From positions 2,037 through 66,036 of the forward strand of contig CAYSHH010000002.1 of assembly GCA_964430945.1 (NCBI GenBank): DNA of 64,000 nt. Reading direction: 5' to 3'. Below, one piece after another: positions 59,382 to 64,000 of the stretch. A model generated the notes under the pieces. The model did not search any database. It saw only the letters and a program-made list of their open reading frames with translations, and was not told where the DNA came from. The translations under genes and the position numbers were made by a program. Every line of letters begins with the position of its first letter. Positions within the stretch are counted from its first letter, which is position 1. The DNA comes from an uncultured Candidatus Saccharibacteria bacterium (GTDB taxonomy: Bacteria; Patescibacteriota; UBA1384; JAMDBS01; CAYSHH01).

Positions 59382-59435
59382 ATAAAAATCGTTAAATAGT
59401 AATTGATCGCTTCGCGACATTATATTGGAGAAAAA

Positions 59436-59918
59436 ATGATTGAGAAAATTTTTGACAGAGGGATAGAAAGAGGTTTTACGCTTGTAGAGCTTTTGGTAGT
59501 CATATCAATTATTGGAATATTGTCAACTGTTATTGGGGTAAATTATAGTAGTGCCAAGAAAGCAACTCGTGATGCCAAGAGGAAAACTGATATGGAAAAT
59601 GTTGCCGCAGCTTTTGAGTTGTATTACAGTGAGAATAAGGAATATCCTGCTTGTCCATATGAAGATGCAGCAGCTTTTCTTAATGAGGCTGGTTATCTAA
59701 CAACAATACCTAGTGATCCTAGTGGTGATAATGGTTTTAAATATCAATGTAGTTCTGGTGAGAATTGGTTTGGAATCTATACCCCATTAGAGAAACCAAC
59801 TAAAACCGATCCGACCTTAGGAATCACTGAATTGCCAACTAAGGATAATATTAAACAAGGAAATGGAACATATAAGGTTGGAGATGAGGCAGTGTTTTAT
59901 CGTGTAGTCGGTGAATAA
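59436..59918 (+). CDS. Type IV pilin-like protein (GspG-like)
   Basis: RG|FTLVELLVVISIIGIL, RDAKRKTD and IPSDP. Start placed after the ggag RBS. Confidence 0.9.
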   Translation: MIEKIFDRGIERGFTLVELLVVISIIGILSTVIGVNYSSAKKATRDAKRKTDMENVAAAFELYYSENKEYPACPYEDAAAFLNEAGYLTTIPSDPSGDNGFKYQCSSGENWFGIYTPLEKPTKTDPTLGITELPTKDNIKQGNGTYKVGDEAVFYRVVGE

Positions 59919-59955
59919 ATAATATTTTTAAGTTTTTTAATTTAGAATAAGTATA

Positions 59956-60486
59956 ATGGCAAAAAATAAAGTATCGATAAGTACAACGGGTTTTACACTG
60001 ATAGAAATATTAGTGACCATTGCGATTGTGGGATTGATGTTGGTAGTATCAGTGCCGACTTTTAGAGATTATAAATATAGAAATGACTTATCTCGTGGAG
60101 CTGATTTAATTCAATCTGCAATATATGAGACTAAAAATTTGGCATTGTCGCCTCAAACAGATAAAAATGAAGATACTGGATATTATGTAATCGAATTTAT
60201 TTCAGGAAATGAAGGTAATATGGTTTCGATCTATGAAGCTGCTAGCGAAAGTACCGTCTTTGAGGATATGATATTAGTTAAAAAATTTGATTTACCTGAA
60301 GGAGTAGTATTGGATGCTGGTAGCTTGCCGGCAGATGGTATATTTTATTCTATTGAGAAACAAGGAGAAATAATTAAACCAGTAGAAAATGTTGAAATTA
60401 AAATCAGCCATGAAGATATTATTGGAAGCAATAACTTAAAAACTATATCAGTCAATCATGTGACTGGTCAGGTTAGTATTAAATAA
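59956..60486 (+). CDS. Minor pilin (FimT/GspH-like)
   Basis: TG|FTLIEILVTIAIVG and C-terminal ISVNHVTGQV. Confidence 0.85.
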   Translation: MAKNKVSISTTGFTLIEILVTIAIVGLMLVVSVPTFRDYKYRNDLSRGADLIQSAIYETKNLALSPQTDKNEDTGYYVIEFISGNEGNMVSIYEAASESTVFEDMILVKKFDLPEGVVLDAGSLPADGIFYSIEKQGEIIKPVENVEIKISHEDIIGSNNLKTISVNHVTGQVSIK

Positions 60487-60512
60487 TAAAAATATTTACA
60501 TATAGAGGATAA

Positions 60513-61073
60513 ATGAAACTAAAAAACCAACATATGAATTCTCGGGGATTTGGGATAATCGAAGTGTTAATTTCAGCGATGATTCTTATGGTTGTAGTTG
60601 GTGCTGCAGTTGGATTAAGTAGATCAATGGTTAAGAAAAATGTTGAAGTTGGCGAAAAGGTGCAGGCTTATAATTTAGTCAGAGAAGGGCTTGAAATAGG
60701 ACGAGCATATAGAGATACAATATGGATAGATTATAGTAGTGAATCTTGGGGGGATTATTTCCCTGACTTTGAACAGGATTTTATATTTGTTAGTGACCCC
60801 GATACGGGAAGTGATGGGGCTTTTGACATACAATTGACGAACGATGGTGAAAGAATTACAAAAGATGGCATCGAATATACTAGAACTTATATTGTAAAAG
60901 GGTTAACAAATTCTACCTTAGAAAATTTAAACAGTATTGTTGATCCAGATAGTCAAGAAAATTTTGATCTCAGTAGTCAGATAATGACATTAAGTGTTAA
61001 AGTAAGTTGGAATGATGGTAAAAATGATGTTCAGGCAGCGACAATACTTACGAACTGGAAACCACAAATATAG
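60513..61073 (+). CDS. Minor pilin (PilV-like)
   Basis: RG|FGIIEVLISAM, A.NL.REGLE, YTRT, V.VSW and LTNW. Confidence 0.85.
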   Translation: MKLKNQHMNSRGFGIIEVLISAMILMVVVGAAVGLSRSMVKKNVEVGEKVQAYNLVREGLEIGRAYRDTIWIDYSSESWGDYFPDFEQDFIFVSDPDTGSDGAFDIQLTNDGERITKDGIEYTRTYIVKGLTNSTLENLNSIVDPDSQENFDLSSQIMTLSVKVSWNDGKNDVQAATILTNWKPQI

Positions 61074-61074
61074 T

Positions 61075-61695
61075 ATGACTAAAACCAGATCGGAAATTAG
61101 TATAAATGTTACTAATATGAAAAAGGATAAAAATATAAAAAATGGGTTTACTCTTATTGAAGTATTGATTTCTACTGCTATTTTTGTTGTTTTGATAGCC
61201 ACTGTTGTTTCGACTTTTGGGTTGGGGTCTGATTTGCAAAATAAGACTTTGGCAATTAGAGAATCGTCTCAAAATGCTCGATTTATTATCGAAGCAATTG
61301 CTAGGGATGTGCGACTTGCAGATAGTTTTCGAATTTTAGATGATGGCAAAACTATAGAAATATACAAAGAAAACGAAACTATTACATATAGTATCGTAAA
61401 TGATATAGAAACTAATAAAGGTGTGATTGCGTATAGTGACGGTGTTAATAATGAAAATTTAAATGGTGAATCATTGGATATAAGTTATGATAACTCTAAT
61501 TTTAGTGGTGTTGATATCGATTCTAATGAGAAGGTTCAATCTTATGTTAAAATAAATATTGAGTTTGGATCTGATGTAGGGAAGAGTAATAAAAACAAAG
61601 AGACGTATAGTGAGAATGTAGAAACGACAGTTTCTACTCGGGCTTACAATAAAGGATATAGCGGCAAAATAACATCAGACGAGACAGCTGAATAA
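61075..61695 (+). CDS. Minor pilin (PilW/GspJ-like)
   Basis: NG|FTLIEVLISTAIF, ARFIIEAIARDVRLA and ETTVSTR. Start uncertain (61075 or 61117). Confidence 0.85.
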   Translation: MTKTRSEISINVTNMKKDKNIKNGFTLIEVLISTAIFVVLIATVVSTFGLGSDLQNKTLAIRESSQNARFIIEAIARDVRLADSFRILDDGKTIEIYKENETITYSIVNDIETNKGVIAYSDGVNNENLNGESLDISYDNSNFSGVDIDSNEKVQSYVKINIEFGSDVGKSNKNKETYSENVETTVSTRAYNKGYSGKITSDETAE

Positions 61696-61726
61696 TAGTT
61701 ATTTATGTATCTTTTGTCTATTAAAT

Positions 61727-61753
61727 ACGGTTAAAAACCGTTTTTTATTTTTT
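61727..61753 (+). terminator. Terminator of the pilus operon
   Basis: acggtt-aaa-aaccgt followed by a T-rich run. Confidence 0.55.
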
Positions 61754-61804
61754 ATAAAGAGCACTGATTTGATAGTATGAGTATATTTTCGTATAATAAA
61801 TGGT

Positions 61805-62269
61805 ATGAAAAAGATAATAGAACGACAACTTTCTAAGAAAATGAATATATATTCTGATGGGGGATCAAGGGGAAATCCTGGTCCGTCAGCTTATGGATTT
61901 GTGGCCTATGATGATAAGATGAATAAGTTATTTGAAGGCAGTCAATACCTTAATATAGTTACCAACAACCAAGCAGAATACAGAGGAGTGCTCGGTGCGC
62001 TTGAGTTTGTATATTCTATATGTGCAAACAATGACAAGGAGAGTTATCCAGAAATACATTTCTATCTTGATAGTAAGCTTATTGTTGAGCAAATGAATGG
62101 TCAGTACAAAATTAAGAGTGACAACTTGAAAATTATCTATTGGCAAATTAGGGATCTTATTTTGAAGCTTGGTGGTAAAATTACATTTGAGCACATATCA
62201 CGTGAAAAAAACAAAGTCGCTGATAAATTAGTTAATGAGGAAATTGATAGAAATGTTAATAAAGACTAA
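61805..62269 (+). CDS. rnhA: Ribonuclease HI family protein
   Basis: DGGSRGNPGPS, TNNQAEY, DSKLIVEQM.G.YKIK and REKNKVADKLVN. Confidence 0.93.
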   Translation: MKKIIERQLSKKMNIYSDGGSRGNPGPSAYGFVAYDDKMNKLFEGSQYLNIVTNNQAEYRGVLGALEFVYSICANNDKESYPEIHFYLDSKLIVEQMNGQYKIKSDNLKIIYWQIRDLILKLGGKITFEHISREKNKVADKLVNEEIDRNVNKD

Positions 62270-62310
62270 GAATATTATTACATAAGTGATATATAATAAA
62301 TGGAGTGAAA

Positions 62311-64000
62311 ATGTTTAAAGAAGTTGATCCAAGACAGGATTTTATCAAATTAGAACATGAAATTATTAAATATTGGGATAAGTATGATATACAGGAAAAA
62401 TATCTTAATAAAAATAATAATTCAAAAAAAAGATGGTCTTTTCTAGATGGTCCTATTACTGCCAACAATAAAATGGGAGTACATCATGCATGGGGAAGAA
62501 CACTTAAAGATCTTTGGCAGAGATTTTATACATTGCAAGGTTACAAACAAAGATATCAAAATGGTTTTGATTGTCAGGGATTATGGGTAGAGGTAGAAGT
62601 TGAGAAAGAGCTTGGTTTTAAGAATAAAAAGGATATTGAAAAATATGGTATCGGTAAGTTTGTAAATAAATGCAAAGAGAGAGTTCTTAAGTATTCTAAA
62701 ATTCAGACTGAACAGTCGAAGAGACTTGCTGAATGGATGCATTGGGATAATTCGTACTATACAATGTCAGAAGAAAATAATTATACGATATGGCACTTTC
62801 TTAAAGTTTGTTATGAAAATGGGTGGATTTATGAAGGTACAGACTCTGTTGCTTGGTGTCCAAGATGTGGAACAGCTATATCTCAACATGAAATGCTAAC
62901 AGAAGAATACAAGGAGATTATACATGATTCGGTATTTTTTACATTGCCAATTTTGAGTGGTAAATATAAAAATTATTATCTTTTAGTATGGACCACGACA
63001 CCTTGGACAATACCGGCAAATGTTGCGGTTGCCGTAGACCCAATCAAAGATTATGTTGTAGTAGAAGAGAACGGTAAAAAAATGATACTACTTGAGTCGC
63101 GTATTGGAAAAATTTTTGGTAAGAAAATGAATGTGATCGAAAAGATGAAAGGTAATAAAATTGTTGACGCTACATATAAACCACCATTTTTTGACCTTCC
63201 TTATATAAAGGATATTCTTAATAAAGAAAAATATGAGTGTAGAGTTGTAGCATCGGACGAAATGATACTACCGGTTAGTGAAAATGAAGGAACTGGGTTA
63301 GTTCATATTGCACCGGGTGCTGGTGCTGAAGATTTCCGTTTAGGTAAAAAATATGGTTTGCCAGTAATTAATGTTATTGATGAAGGCGCTAATTATATTA
63401 AAGAAATGGATAATTTGACTGGTAAAAACGCCAAAGATGATCCCGAATTAATATTTGATTACTTAAAAAGTAATTACAACGGTCGTTATTTATATAAAAT
63501 TGTTCCTTATAAACACAGATATCCAACATGCTGGAGATGTAAGACTGAATTAGTTTGGAGAAATGTTAATGAATGGTATATCGCTATGGATAAGAAATCA
63601 AAGAATAGTACTAAAACATTTCGCGAACGTATGATAAATGCAGCAAAAAAAATAAATTGGATTCCTAGCTGGGGACTTGATCGTGAACTCGACTGGCTTA
63701 ACAACATGCATGATTGGCTTATATCTAAAAAAAGGTATTGGGGGCTAGCATTGCCAATATGGAAATGCGATAAATGTGGAAAATATCATGTAATTGGATC
63801 AAAAGATGAGCTTGAGAAAAAGGCAATTAAAGGCTGGAAATATTTTAATGGCCATACTCCTCATAGACCATGGATTGATGAAATAAAAATTGAGTGTGAG
63901 CAATGTGGTAATAGTGTCAGTAGAATTAAAGATGTTGGAAATCCTTGGCTTGATGCCGGAATTGTACCATTTTCTACTTATATTGACCCTAAAACAAAAA
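62311..64000 (+). CDS. ileS: Isoleucine--tRNA ligase (type 2), 3' partial, not in ORF track
   Basis: Read directly from the DNA: MFKEVDPRQDF..., FLDGPITANNKMGVHHAWGR, GFDCQGLWVEVEVEK, VWTTTPWTIPAN, GTGLVHIAPG, YPTCWRC, DWLISKKRYWG and WLDAGIVPF. The frame is open to the window end. Confidence 0.95.
   Translation, partial: MFKEVDPRQDFIKLEHEIIKYWDKYDIQEKYLNKNNNSKKRWSFLDGPITANNKMGVHHAWGRTLKDLWQRFYTLQGYKQRYQNGFDCQGLWVEVEVEKELGFKNKKDIEKYGIGKFVNKCKERVLKYSKIQTEQSKRLAEWMHWDNSYYTMSEENNYTIWHFLKVCYENGWIYEGTDSVAWCPRCGTAISQHEMLTEEYKEIIHDSVFFTLPILSGKYKNYYLLVWTTTPWTIPANVAVAVDPIKDYVVVEENGKKMILLESRIGKIFGKKMNVIEKMKGNKIVDATYKPPFFDLPYIKDILNKEKYECRVVASDEMILPVSENEGTGLVHIAPGAGAEDFRLGKKYGLPVINVIDEGANYIKEMDNLTGKNAKDDPELIFDYLKSNYNGRYLYKIVPYKHRYPTCWRCKTELVWRNVNEWYIAMDKKSKNSTKTFRERMINAAKKINWIPSWGLDRELDWLNNMHDWLISKKRYWGLALPIWKCDKCGKYHVIGSKDELEKKAIKGWKYFNGHTPHRPWIDEIKIECEQCGNSVSRIKDVGNPWLDAGIVPFSTYIDPKTK

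Noticed and set aside
645-63707. Many 60-150 aa antisense or alternate-frame ORFs inside recognised genes
   Set aside because: Shadow ORFs of well-supported genes, with no motifs or RBS.

Overview
AT-rich bacterial chromosome window that looks like Patescibacteria (CPR). This is inferred from gene content: streamlined genes, no amino-acid or cofactor biosynthesis, homodimeric GlyRS, type-2 IleRS and a monoderm-style type IV pilus locus. In order, the window holds: a nucleoside salvage/sanitation cluster (mtnP, RhuM-Fic, NUDIX, two tandem nucleoside-deoxyribosyltransferase-like genes, mutM); an unknown gene behind an apparent leader-peptide attenuator; recO-alr-murI; glyQS; a dcw cluster from mraZ to ftsQ with uppS, a polyprenyl synthase and a small zinc-ribbon gene inserted; recJ; radA; a PBP1A-NUDIX-HEPN-like trio; tyrS; argS; a probable 6S RNA; rpmB; holB-ricT; four tRNAs with rpmG; a surface-protein trio; the pilus operon; rnhA; and a partial ileS. 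No CRISPR array, transposase, integrase or rRNA was seen. The most interesting signals are the leader-peptide/antiterminator/terminator switch at 5.8-6.0 kb and a PilX-like C-terminal domain that appears split across two genes upstream of the pilus operon. All family assignments come from motif recognition by eye, not database searches.
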